Source of the DNA: an uncultured candidate division Zixibacteria bacterium
GTDB lineage: Bacteria; Zixibacteria; MSB-5A5; RBG-16-43-9
Assembly: GCA_963713865.1 (NCBI GenBank)
Contig: OY970208.1
Location: 2,400,001 to 2,464,000, forward strand
DNA length: 64,000 nucleotides
Direction of reading: 5' to 3'
Below, in pieces: positions 30,440 to 40,082 of the stretch (position 1 is the stretch's first letter; each line of letters begins with the position of its first letter). The translations under genes were made by a program, and so were the position numbers. A model generated the notes under the pieces. It made no database searches and had not been told where the DNA came from. It saw only the letters and a list, made by a program, of their open reading frames with translations.

Positions 30440-30513
30440 TGCCAGAATGACATTGAGAAGGTCAAATTTGCAGGTAAATATGCAAGATTGACACAATGAC
30501 TGCGAAAATGACA
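30440..30513. promoter_or_regulatory. Four phased 13-bp TGCnAnnnTGACA boxes (putative enhancer/operator array)
   Basis: Boxes start at 30440, 30460 (inverted), 30481 and 30501. Confidence 0.65.
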
Positions 30514-30655
30514 GGGATAAAAAAGTAGAGACGCATCGCTATGCGTCTCTCCAAAAGTAAACTCATCTTGCCCTCACGATGGGTTTATCTTACCCCACCT
30601 TGAGGGCAAGGTTGGGATACGATTATATTTTTATTCTGTGATAACAAACCTAATT

Positions 30656-30965
30656 TTACTTGCCATTAGGCCTCTTTATATGTCCATTTATACCATAGTG
30701 ATTATAGCAATCGAAAACACATTTGCAAAAATTAATCATTCTTTTGTCTTTTTTCTTAATTGCCTCTTTATATAGTCTTATGAGAAATCTTTTTCCAAAC
30801 TCAGTTTGTGAATAATTTTTTTTAAGGAAATTATGCTCAGAACATAAGGTTTGCCCATTCTCTATTGTATTGGTTCCGCCTTTATCTAAAGATATTCTGT
30901 GATTAGCATGTATCTCAACCCCATCCTCTCTTTCTTTCACAAAAAACACACTTGTAGTTGTATCC
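30656..30965 (-). pseudogene. Fragment of an HNH restriction endonuclease, frameshifted and N-terminally deleted
   Basis: NYKCVFC in one frame continues as EDGVEIHANH..GGTNTIENGQTLCSEHN in another. Confidence 0.7.
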
Positions 30966-31226
30966 TTTGTAAATCCTTAATTTTCTGACATCTTGCTCAT
31001 AATATTTCAACATAATCCTACAATAGGCATGTGTATGATACCTTTCCGATTCTAAATCCTTGAATTTTCTAGCCCATGAAATTTCAGCTAAATGCACTTG
31101 TGCATAAAGTAATAATTCTCTTCTTCTTACAATTTTAGGCGGATATAGTTCATCTGTTTTGGGTCCATTTTCAAAAACTTCAAAATCTAATATCTTCCAC
31201 TCTCGCTTCGGAATTATTCTTCTCAT
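30915..31226 (-). CDS. Hypothetical protein; C-terminus runs into the HNH remnant
   Basis: 103-aa ORF with ATGA overlap to the upstream nuclease gene. Confidence 0.5.
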   Translation of the reverse strand: MRRIIPKREWKILDFEVFENGPKTDELYPPKIVRRRELLLYAQVHLAEISWARKFKDLESERYHTHAYCRIMLKYYEQDVRKLRIYKGYNYKCVFCERKRGWG

Positions 31227-32296
31227 GATTCATTCTCTATTTGTTTTGTTGAAAGTGATTCTATCATCTCAATACTTTTATGTAACTGCAACATCAAGAT
31301 AAATCTGAAACCAGCAGGCGTGATAACGATTTGTCTTCCTATCTTCCCTAATAGACCTAGATCAATAGCGAAATTTAAAAAGGTATAGGTTGCGGTATTT
31401 TGTGATTTTTCAGCTTGCCATTCAGAACTTTTACCACTGACCGTTCTAAACATTTTCACTAAGTCCTTAAAATTAATAGGATAAGAATTTCTGGTTAGAA
31501 GAAATGTACTTTCTACTATTGAGTAAACCCCAAAGACCGTGTTGGAATAAAATGGATCTGCCGCAACAAACTGCTTCAAAATCTCACATTGTGCACTAGT
31601 TATTACTCCTATAAATGTTTCCTCTTTTCCACTTGCAACATATTTATCTCCTAAATCAGTTAAAAAATATTGCTCCGCTCTTTCTCTAACCAATCCAAAT
31701 TCTCTAGCAACTTTTAAATGATTATGAACGCTTCCCTTTGACAGCCCTGTCGCTTCTGCAAGTTTTTCTTGCCTTGTTATTCCACGGTTGAGTGCACCTA
31801 AGACTCTATTGATTAAGCCTATATTAAAAACTCCATAATCTTTCGGCTTGATCCGCAAAAATGGAGTAATAGCAGTTAAATTTTTGAAATACTCATTTAA
31901 AGCATCTATTGGTTGGTATTTAATAATCTCAATATTGTGTGATCTACAAACTTCTTTTTGTTTCTGGTTATATCCAGTTACTAACAAAAACGCTCGAAGT
32001 TTTCCCTCAACCAGTTCTCCTCGACTCTGTAATTTAATAAGCTCTTCTCGATACGAATTCACTTGATCTATATATTCATAGTTAAATCTTGTGATCTTAA
32101 ATTCAATCAAACATAATTCTCTACCATGTGTTAATAACAAATCAAGACGTTGTTCACCTGATTTAAGTTTTAATTGTCGACCGATTACTTTTACATCATA
32201 AATTAAATTGAGAATTTTCTTTAAATAAAAAAGATTAGAAATACATGTCTCCTCCACCTCGATTTCTCTAATATTATGGTATTGCTTTAATTTCAA
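31223..32296 (-). CDS. PD-(D/E)XK nuclease (NucS C-terminal-like) fused to winged-helix domain(s)
   Basis: GRQ...RLDLLL...LCLIEFK; QEKLAEATGLSKGSVHNHLKVAREFGLV..YFLTDLG wHTH; TTG start with AAGGAG RBS. Confidence 0.7.
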   Translation of the reverse strand: MKLKQYHNIREIEVEETCISNLFYLKKILNLIYDVKVIGRQLKLKSGEQRLDLLLTHGRELCLIEFKITRFNYEYIDQVNSYREELIKLQSRGELVEGKLRAFLLVTGYNQKQKEVCRSHNIEIIKYQPIDALNEYFKNLTAITPFLRIKPKDYGVFNIGLINRVLGALNRGITRQEKLAEATGLSKGSVHNHLKVAREFGLVRERAEQYFLTDLGDKYVASGKEETFIGVITSAQCEILKQFVAADPFYSNTVFGVYSIVESTFLLTRNSYPINFKDLVKMFRTVSGKSSEWQAEKSQNTATYTFLNFAIDLGLLGKIGRQIVITPAGFRFILMLQLHKSIEMIESLSTKQIENES

Positions 32297-32308
32297 ATCA
32301 GATCTCCT

Positions 32309-32662
32309 TTAAACCTGAACTTCTCCTGTAGAATGATATTCCCTGCCAATTTATTTTGTTATTGCCATAATATCAGCATAGACACTTTGCTGACCACCTT
32401 TATTTTTGTCCAGTGGAATATTTAGACAAAAACGACCATCATCTTTTACAAGTTTAAATGCTTTTTCAAGCCATTTTTGAGTAAATTCAAGGTAGATATC
32501 GTAGGAAATTTTATCATCGTAAGAGTTATATCTAATATCTACATTGTAAGGAGGTGATGTGACAACTAAATCTATGGAATCTTCTTTAATACAATCTGTT
32601 GTTAAAAAATCATCATTAAATATGAAAATGTTGCTTGACTGAAAATATAGTTTTTCGTTCAT
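32309..32662 (-). pseudogene. Truncated amino (N6/N4) DNA methyltransferase, beta class
   Basis: IDLVVTSPPYN motif IV; TAA after ITK, then IGREYHST and a break; SAM-binding motif I absent. Confidence 0.85.
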
Positions 32663-33119
32663 TTTTATTTTATTTACCTTTTAATGACATTTGGATAAGT
32701 GGTTTTTATTAACTCACTTTTTTATACTTTACTCTATCCCCCTCCAGAAGTCAAGTCTTTTTTGCCCTAAAATTCTTGATAAGCAACCCATTCCTCTTTC
32801 TCCCCATTCCTCTCCATCCCCTTTAATTAAACCTCAAATAATCTTACATAAATTTACCTGAAAATGCAACAATATTTTTTAATTTTTAGAAGAATAAAAG
32901 AACAGAATCCACCTCAGGCGGATTTTGACCCTACATTTTTTCCTTTACACCTTTTAAGCGGTAGAACAGACATTTCCTATGGTGGCTACGCCAGACGTAG
33001 TCTCCGTTATAGGACTTATCTGTTCGTGCCTGTCAGAGAGCGAAGCCTGTGGCGTAGTCCGTAGCCACGTAGCCACAGGAATGTCTGACCTACCACAAAA
33101 ATCTGGTGTCTATAATATC

Positions 33120-33440
33120 TCAAATCTTTATCTCTACCCCTCTTTTCCTGATCCCATATATTAAAGGAACCCAAGTATCTTTTTTATAAGATTTCAAAGA
33201 AATAGGTACGGTCTCAAATCTTGGGTCTATTTTGCAGGCTATCTGTAAAAGCATTACCCCTTCTTCAAAGCGGTCTTTACCAAAATCCGGAGAGACAACA
33301 GCAACGTCTATGTCGCTATCTTTGTGATATCTCCCGCTTGACCTTGAGCCATACAGGATAATTTTTGTTACCCTTATGCCTCTTTTCTTTAGGGCTTTAT
33401 GTAATTCCCTTAATTTTCCTGCAATCTCTTTTTCAACCAT
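33120..33440 (-). CDS. Minimal nucleotidyltransferase (MNT)
   Basis: ILYGSRSSG....SDIDVAVVS. Confidence 0.88.
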   Translation of the reverse strand: MVEKEIAGKLRELHKALKKRGIRVTKIILYGSRSSGRYHKDSDIDVAVVSPDFGKDRFEEGVMLLQIACKIDPRFETVPISLKSYKKDTWVPLIYGIRKRGVEIKI

Positions 33441-33811
33441 TTGTAGACCATTTTGACTTCATTTAGATTCTTCTCAGTAAAAGCTTTTGTGCACTTCTTG
33501 TAGAATTTTTTCTGTTCTTCTGGATACCTTGTTTCAAAATAAAACTCCATAAAACGAACAAGTTTCTTCTCAATATTTTCAGGTATCTTGGAAGCTAATT
33601 TACTTGCCAATGAAGGGAGTGAGTGGGTACGAGGTGCATGTTCTTTTGTATCTCTAACTACTAAAGCCTTCAACAATTTCTCTAATGCCAGATGTCCCAT
33701 AAATAAGGCATAAGGATATTTGCCAGTCTTAAACATTGCTTCTGCTACACCCAAATCATACTCCGCTCCTTCTCGCCAGTAAGATACTGTTTTTTCGATC
33801 TCAAATCTCAT
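33410..33811 (-). CDS. HEPN domain protein
   Basis: YALFMGHLALEKLLKA, PRTHSL, TRYP. Confidence 0.88.
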   Translation of the reverse strand: MRFEIEKTVSYWREGAEYDLGVAEAMFKTGKYPYALFMGHLALEKLLKALVVRDTKEHAPRTHSLPSLASKLASKIPENIEKKLVRFMEFYFETRYPEEQKKFYKKCTKAFTEKNLNEVKMVYKWLKKRLQEN

Positions 33812-34031
33812 AAATTTAACTATTCAAAAGATTTCTTTCTTGATATATATGTAATCGACAAGAATCGCTATTATTATATTCACCCCTTTTTAAAAGTCAA
33901 GGGTATTTTCAGTAATGTCAAGAAAAAAGGACAGGACGATGTTCTTTCCTTACGATTTTTTAAAAAAATCCTTGACTTTATTTTTGGTTTGTTTTATTTA
34001 AGGGAAATTTATTTCCAAGCTACCTGTCGAT

Positions 34032-36257
34032 ATGGGTTTTAGTAAATTCTCCGGAATTTTTGGAAAGCTGATCCGCCTCAGGCGGACCGCTGCGAGTATA
34101 CTCTTAATATTGATTATCTTTTCCCCTATTAAATCTTTAGTTGGTGCGGGAATTGGATTTCCCGCACCTGATAACATTCGGAAATTCCAATTCCCGAATG
34201 AACCGGATTCTGTACCGGCTTTTTTGTCCGCCATCTCCGACCAGGACGGGAAAGTCCCTGTTTACTGGTTCAAACCCGGAGCAGATCCACAGGAACAAAT
34301 TTTGGATGACGGGACCAAAGCGCTTCAGTTTTATCTTTCAGATCAGTGGTATGAAAACTGTGCCGCAGAAAAATTTATCTCTCCTTCTTTACCCTTTCTC
34401 CTGTTGAAATCAAAGATATTCATCAGTTATCAGGGCAAACCTGGAGATACTTTATATGACCCCACAGATTCATTTTTCATAACTATAAACAAAAATAACA
34501 AGGGAAAACCAGGGTCTGCACTTTCAGAACCAGTTTATGCAAAAGCAGTAGGTAACGATACATCCGTAGGTGAATGGGTGCAAATAGCGCATAATCTTTT
34601 GATTACCGAAGAGGATACCTTCTGGGTAGTTTTCCGCTGGCTAAAAGATACGCCAACCTCCCCTTTAATCGGATCAGACAATTCCACAAATCTTTGTAGG
34701 TCTTATAAGGGCTGGAAAAAAGATGGGTACTGGCAGTGGAACGAGTGGAATTACAATCTGATGATAAGATGTTTAACCTTGACCAACGATACACCGTCTT
34801 CTCTTATACCAGAAGGATATAATTTATATAGAGCAGACACCTCGAACTTTCAGACCTCTTCTGATATTTTTCCGAAACATTTCCCGGCTGACAGTTTTTA
34901 TTATCTGGATACAGATGTAATTAATGGAAAAAGCTATTACTATAAACTAACCGCACTTTATTCCGGGCAGGAATCAAATAGCTCAAACCAAACTCAAGCC
35001 ACACCTCAAACACCAGCTTCACTCCAGGTAGATCTCGATTCGCTGGAGATTTCTTTGCTCTCAGGAGAAAAGAAAGAAGAGTATCTTCATTTGACTAATA
35101 CCGGTGGTATTCCTCTGGACTTCCAGATAAAACTTGAGCTTTCTCTGGATGATTCAACCAATGGAGCTGATCTTTACGGCTATACCTGGACTGATAATTT
35201 TACCCAAAAAAGTTTAAGATATGAATGGGTAGATACAACTAATCGAGGAACCCAGATTAATAATTCAAGTGATCATGATAAAGTATATGGACCAATTATT
35301 TTGAACTTTCCTTTCCCCTTTTATGGAAATCTCTATGATACTCTCTGGATTTCGACCACTGGTGTTTTGAGTTTTTATCCCTGGGATCTAAGATTTCCCA
35401 ATTACCCTTTACCTTATGATCAGGGATATTTCAGGTTAATATCACCTTTCTGGAGCAATTTGGTTTTAACCGATTCAAGTAGAATTTACTTTTTCCAATC
35501 TTCTGACTCAATCGTTGTTTCCTTCATAGATATAAAACACTTTAAATCCGAAGGTTTATACACCTTTCAGGTCATCCTGACTGAAGAAGGCTCAATCGAT
35601 TTTCAATATAAAATATCAAGCCAGCTCTATGATTCAGCCACAGTCGGGATACAAAATGAAGATGGAACCCTGGCTTTATTAATATCTTACAACCAGGATT
35701 ATCCGGAAGATAGTTTGAGGGTCAGGATAGAGCCTCCTTATCTATCCTTTTCTCCAGTCAAGGGGAAAATTAATCCTGCAGAAACTCAACCTCTAAAACT
35801 CCTCTTCGATAGTCACTTTTTATCTTCCGGTTTATATGAAGGAGTTTTAAAATTTTATGCACAGGACAAAAATCACGCTCTAAATCCATTATCCATACCA
35901 GTAACTCTGAAAATCGATACCACCACTTCAGTTCCGCAGGAAATCGAACAAACCCCCTATATTTTCGAGCTTAACCAGAATTACCCAAACCCGTTTAACC
36001 CCACCACCACCATTCCGTTCCGAGCAGGTAGCAAGAAGCTTGTAGCTCGTAGCCCCATCCATACAACCCTGATTATCTATAATATTTTGGGACAGAAGGT
36101 GAAAACTCTGATGGATGAGGATAAATTACCGGGGAATTATCAGGTTATCTGGGATGGGAAAGATCAAAGAGGAAATGAGGTTTCATCCGGGATATATTTC
36201 TATCAGTTAAAAGCCGGAAATTATAAAGAAACGAAAAAGATGAGTTTGTTAAGATAG
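34032..36257 (+). CDS. Secreted multidomain protein (FN3-like, beta-rich) with C-terminal T9SS type A / FlgD-Ig-like tail
   Basis: Signal peptide; GYNLYR..YLD.DV.NGKSYYYKLTA; LNQNYPNPFNP..IYNILGQKV..WDGKD..SGIYFYQL. Confidence 0.85.
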   Translation: MGFSKFSGIFGKLIRLRRTAASILLILIIFSPIKSLVGAGIGFPAPDNIRKFQFPNEPDSVPAFLSAISDQDGKVPVYWFKPGADPQEQILDDGTKALQFYLSDQWYENCAAEKFISPSLPFLLLKSKIFISYQGKPGDTLYDPTDSFFITINKNNKGKPGSALSEPVYAKAVGNDTSVGEWVQIAHNLLITEEDTFWVVFRWLKDTPTSPLIGSDNSTNLCRSYKGWKKDGYWQWNEWNYNLMIRCLTLTNDTPSSLIPEGYNLYRADTSNFQTSSDIFPKHFPADSFYYLDTDVINGKSYYYKLTALYSGQESNSSNQTQATPQTPASLQVDLDSLEISLLSGEKKEEYLHLTNTGGIPLDFQIKLELSLDDSTNGADLYGYTWTDNFTQKSLRYEWVDTTNRGTQINNSSDHDKVYGPIILNFPFPFYGNLYDTLWISTTGVLSFYPWDLRFPNYPLPYDQGYFRLISPFWSNLVLTDSSRIYFFQSSDSIVVSFIDIKHFKSEGLYTFQVILTEEGSIDFQYKISSQLYDSATVGIQNEDGTLALLISYNQDYPEDSLRVRIEPPYLSFSPVKGKINPAETQPLKLLFDSHFLSSGLYEGVLKFYAQDKNHALNPLSIPVTLKIDTTTSVPQEIEQTPYIFELNQNYPNPFNPTTTIPFRAGSKKLVARSPIHTTLIIYNILGQKVKTLMDEDKLPGNYQVIWDGKDQRGNEVSSGIYFYQLKAGNYKETKKMSLLR

Positions 36258-36513
36258 ATTATGGAGTGCATCAGTTTACTGACGCATCTTCGAGCAAATA
36301 AAACTCACCCTTGCTCTTTCCTTAGAAAAGAAAGGGAATTAGTTGTAGGGACAGAATCCGCCTCAGGCGGATTCTGTCCAATACTTCCTCTGCTGACCGT
36401 GGGTGGCACCCTCAAACTTGTTTGGGGGTGACTTATAAAATCTTAAGTTTATTAACTCCATAATTACCTTAAATGAAGCGAACCTGAAAGGTTCGCACTT
36501 GTATATTGAATAT

Positions 36514-36715
36514 TATGTTTATATTTTACAGGTGAATAAGGGATATACCCTTCACCCAATGGTGGAAGGGAACCTTGCCGACAGATCGTGTCGCACTTGG
36601 GCTAAAAGCTCGTTCGTAGCTTGGTCGTCGGCAAGGTCCCTTGTGCCTCTGCAAGCTCGAACAGTCGAATGGTTAAAAAGACCGCATAGCAAGTATGGGC
36701 TACCAGAGGCAAGTT
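36514..36715 (+). ncRNA. Putative IS110 bridge RNA (ends approximate)
   Basis: 5' hairpin; stem GGGAACCTTGCCGAC/GTCGGCAAGGTCCC enclosing target matches; stem GCCTCTG/CAGAGGC enclosing donor matches. Confidence 0.8.
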
Positions 36716-36744
36716 AATTAAATTATACTAAAGGAGGAGTAGTT

Positions 36745-37670
36745 ATGCAACAGATAGTTTGCGGGATTGACGTTAGTTCAGAGGAGCTTGAAGCTTGCAT
36801 TCTTTTGGCAGATGATACTGCTAATCCACACCGCCGGACCTTCAGCAACACCAGGAAAGGTATTAAGAAGTTCATATCTTGGTTAAGGGGTAACAAAGTA
36901 GAGTTGGTAGTTATGGAGGCATCAGGAGGGTATGAGCGGGTTTGTAGGAGGATGTTAAGAGAGTTAGGGATTCAGGCTCATGTAGTTAATCCTGCACGGG
37001 TAAGGCATTTTGCCAGGGGGATAGGAAAACTGGCGAAGACGGACAAGATTGATGCCCGGGTTATAGCCAGATTTGGACAGGTGGTGAAGTTAGAGGAGTT
37101 AGGGGAGATAAGTGAGATGGAGTTGGAGATTCAGGAGCTTATCAAAAGGCGGCAGGAGTTGCAGGAAATGGTAGTGGCAGAGAAAAACAGGCTTCGTATA
37201 GCAGAGAGGGAAAAGGCAAAAAGCCTTAAAAGGATAATCAAGGTATTGGAGAAGGAGCTTGAGCTGATGGATGAGAGGATAAAGGAATTAGCTCAAAAAG
37301 ATGATCAGATTATGCGGAAGGTTGGATTTTTAAGAAGGGAAAAAGGGATGGGATTTATCACCGCTATAAGTTTACTTTCTTGTTTACCTGAGTTGGGGAG
37401 AGTAGATAGGAAAAAGATATCTGCGTTGGCGGGGGTGTCACCTTTCAACCGAGAGAGTGGCAAGTGGAAAGGTAAAAGCTTCATAAGTGGAGGACGTGGA
37501 CTCATAAGAAGATCCTGTATATGCCTGTCTTGGTAGCAATAAGATTTAACCAGAAGCTAAAAGAGTTTTATCAGAGGTTATTAGCTTCAGGAAAGGCAAA
37601 AAAAGTAGCCGTGGTTGCGGTGATGCGCAAATTACTAATTATCTGTAATGCCATTTTAAAAAATGCTTGA
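36745..37670 (+). pseudogene. IS110 DEDD recombinase/transposase with a frameshift near 37505
   Basis: GIDVS, VMEASG, KTDKIDA, RESG; conserved C-terminus ILYMPVLVAIRFN..FYQRL..GKAKKVAVVAVMRKLL in another frame, ending TGA at 37670. Confidence 0.9.
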
Positions 37671-37850
37671 TTTTCAAGACAGTCGCTACGAGAAAAACAT
37701 AAAATAAACAAAAAAATGGAGGTCTGAAGACCTCCGCTACACAAAAATGCAGGGGCGGGTTTTAAACCCGCCCCTGCAAAAACAATAAAAATATAAACTC
37801 ACTCACCTGCTTATAAATTTCCTCCAGTAACTTCTTCAAGACTTACTTAG

Positions 37851-40022
37851 CTAACCGGTCTTATCAGCCAGAAATTTGATTCGATCATATCGTTCCCGGA
37901 GCTTGTCCATCTCTTCTGAGGAATCAGAATCCTTTCTTTTCTTCAAAACTCTGACCGCCTCTAATTTAATCTCCTCGTCTATCTTTTTGCCTGAAATCCC
38001 TTTATCAAATATCCTGGGTTGATTAATAACTTCAACCAAAAATTTGTAACCCTTTTCTCCCCCGACATTATTGATAGTGTGTAAAATCAGAAGAGCATTG
38101 TCTTCGTCTTTATAGAAAAGCTCTTTTAACTTATCAACGGAGTTCTCCGAACCGCAAGAGCCCAGAGCCATCAGGGCTAATTTCCTGATCTCCTTATCCT
38201 CTTCCTTTGCCAATGCCAGGATAAGCTCCTCGCTTTTTTTACCACCGGTTTTCTCTAAAGTCTGCAGGACCGCTTTTTTTACCTTAAGGTCTTTATCGCC
38301 CATCAATTTTTCCAGTCCGGATAAGGATTTTTCGCTCTTGATGTCGGATAATATATGGAGAATATTCCTTATTTTAAACCAGCTATCTAAAGTCAAATTC
38401 CCGGATGAGTCTCGCTGGAAACTGGAATCATCCTGAATTATTCTGGAGAAATAGTCAGCCCCGGCTTCCCCTGAACCACTCCCGGCAATCTTTAAAACCA
38501 CCTGCCTTATGGTTCTATCCGGATCGGTTAGAAGAGGTTCTAAAGCCTGGGCAATTTTTTCTCCCCCGATTAAAATCAGTGCCTCCCCAACTTTCTCCCA
38601 CACCTCCTTTTTTTTACTTTTTATCTCCCCCACCAGCTGCTGGATGATCTGGTCCCGGGCAAAACTCTGAATAATCTTAATATACCGTTCCTCTTTTTCC
38701 GGCGAATACTCCCTTTCCGGATCTGACCTGAGTTCCTGGATGATCTGGTTGAATTGCCCGTATTCGCGGGATATTATCGACTGCCTGGCACAGTTTTCCA
38801 AAAGCTGAAAGTACTGAAGATCGATCCGGTTTTTATGGGAAAGCATCTCCTGGACAAAATACCTGAAAAGCTCTTTGGAATATTTCAGGAAGAAAGAAGA
38901 GAAAGTTTTAAGCCAGAAGAAAGAGGTTTGACGTAAATTTTCCTTTTCTGAAAAAAGATTCTGCCAGAGAGCATCGATCGTCTTCTTCAACCTCTCCGCC
39001 TGATTTAAATTGATAAGCTTGATCAAAAGATTCTTCAGGCTCTCCTTCTCTTCCGCCTTTGCTTCTCCGGAGATGAGTTTATCTAAAACCAGCTCAGAGT
39101 CCCTTAAGGTCTTGATCTTGAGCAAAGTGCTTTCATCTAAAGCTTTTTCAAAAAAGTTCTCCGGAGCACCCTGGCGCACAAAAACATCCTTCAACTCGCT
39201 AAAAAGGTAATCCCTTTCCGGATGATGGATAAAAGCTTTGACTAAATTCTTCACCCCGTCTAAATATTCCCCATTTTGAGACATCTCCTCCCAGTCTTTT
39301 CCGGCGAACTCATTTTTTAAAAGCTCCTTCACTTTTTCTCGGGGTAATTTCGAGAACTCCTCCAGCAGAATAGCTTGAAAAACATTGAGCCTGAAATCAA
39401 ACTTTAGTTTCCCCTCTAAATCTATATCTTTCTTTATCTTTCTTAACAATATGTCTAACATCAGCTGTGGGGCTTGTTGTAGCGAAATTCTGGCAAAAGT
39501 CTTAACTTCAAAATCATCACATTTTTCCACTAAAGAGATGCTTTCTTCTAAGAAAGTATCCCCGGGCTCTGATTTTTTCACCCGGATAGAATTGATTCTC
39601 TTATCTTCCAGGAACCTCTGCAGATTCAGATTCTTAGGCAAGGGCAAGAGTTTCTCGCTCAACCTTCTTAAAAAAATGTTCAGCTCATCCGAAGCCACCT
39701 GGCCATAGATATAAACACTGCCTAACTCGAATTTGAAAAGCTCGATTTTCAACCCGCGTATGAAAACCTCCTCCTTCAGAGGAATACCCATAGCGTAAAA
39801 TTTATCCTGATAAAGGTGGAAATCGAAGTAGCTCCTCAGGCGGAAAAGCTTCTTCATCCAGTTAAAAGGTTTTTTGGATAACTCCTTCTCTGCTGGATGC
39901 TCCTGGGTATATAGTGCCAGGCAGCGTGAGGATAAGAAAAGCTCCCTTAAGATCTCTTTCCCCAATTCCCTCAGGTCTAACTCCAGGTCTTCCCTTTTAA
40001 GTAATGAAAAATCAAATACCAT
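37851..40022 (-). CDS. HEAT-repeat protein, paralog of 44066-46339
   Basis: Helical repeats (LLTDPDRTIRQ..., LMGDKDLKVKKA...); shared Y..EHP and W(F/Y)K(I/V)RN motifs. Confidence 0.8.
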   Translation of the reverse strand: MVFDFSLLKREDLELDLRELGKEILRELFLSSRCLALYTQEHPAEKELSKKPFNWMKKLFRLRSYFDFHLYQDKFYAMGIPLKEEVFIRGLKIELFKFELGSVYIYGQVASDELNIFLRRLSEKLLPLPKNLNLQRFLEDKRINSIRVKKSEPGDTFLEESISLVEKCDDFEVKTFARISLQQAPQLMLDILLRKIKKDIDLEGKLKFDFRLNVFQAILLEEFSKLPREKVKELLKNEFAGKDWEEMSQNGEYLDGVKNLVKAFIHHPERDYLFSELKDVFVRQGAPENFFEKALDESTLLKIKTLRDSELVLDKLISGEAKAEEKESLKNLLIKLINLNQAERLKKTIDALWQNLFSEKENLRQTSFFWLKTFSSFFLKYSKELFRYFVQEMLSHKNRIDLQYFQLLENCARQSIISREYGQFNQIIQELRSDPEREYSPEKEERYIKIIQSFARDQIIQQLVGEIKSKKKEVWEKVGEALILIGGEKIAQALEPLLTDPDRTIRQVVLKIAGSGSGEAGADYFSRIIQDDSSFQRDSSGNLTLDSWFKIRNILHILSDIKSEKSLSGLEKLMGDKDLKVKKAVLQTLEKTGGKKSEELILALAKEEDKEIRKLALMALGSCGSENSVDKLKELFYKDEDNALLILHTINNVGGEKGYKFLVEVINQPRIFDKGISGKKIDEEIKLEAVRVLKKRKDSDSSEEMDKLRERYDRIKFLADKTG

Positions 40023-40082
40023 CTTTTCTATTCCTTGCGACGATCTTATCGTAGAGACGTATAGCTTGCGTCTCTGTGCAAC

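Larger units (their letters stand above)
36498..37687 (+). mobile_element. IS110-family insertion sequence inserted at a CT core within a REP hairpin
   Basis: Left junction GGTTCGCA-CT-TGTATATT, right junction ACAGTCG-CT-ACGAG; removal restores GCGAACCTGAAAGGTTCGCACTACG; no terminal inverted repeats. Confidence 0.9.

Noticed and set aside
28840-30520. CIRCE operator for dnaK
   Set aside because: No TTAGCACTC-N9-GAGTGCTAA match seen; the sigma-54 motif fits better
36499-36717. 72-aa ORF upstream of the IS110 recombinase
   Set aside because: Coincides with the structured bridge-RNA region; no RBS or protein features
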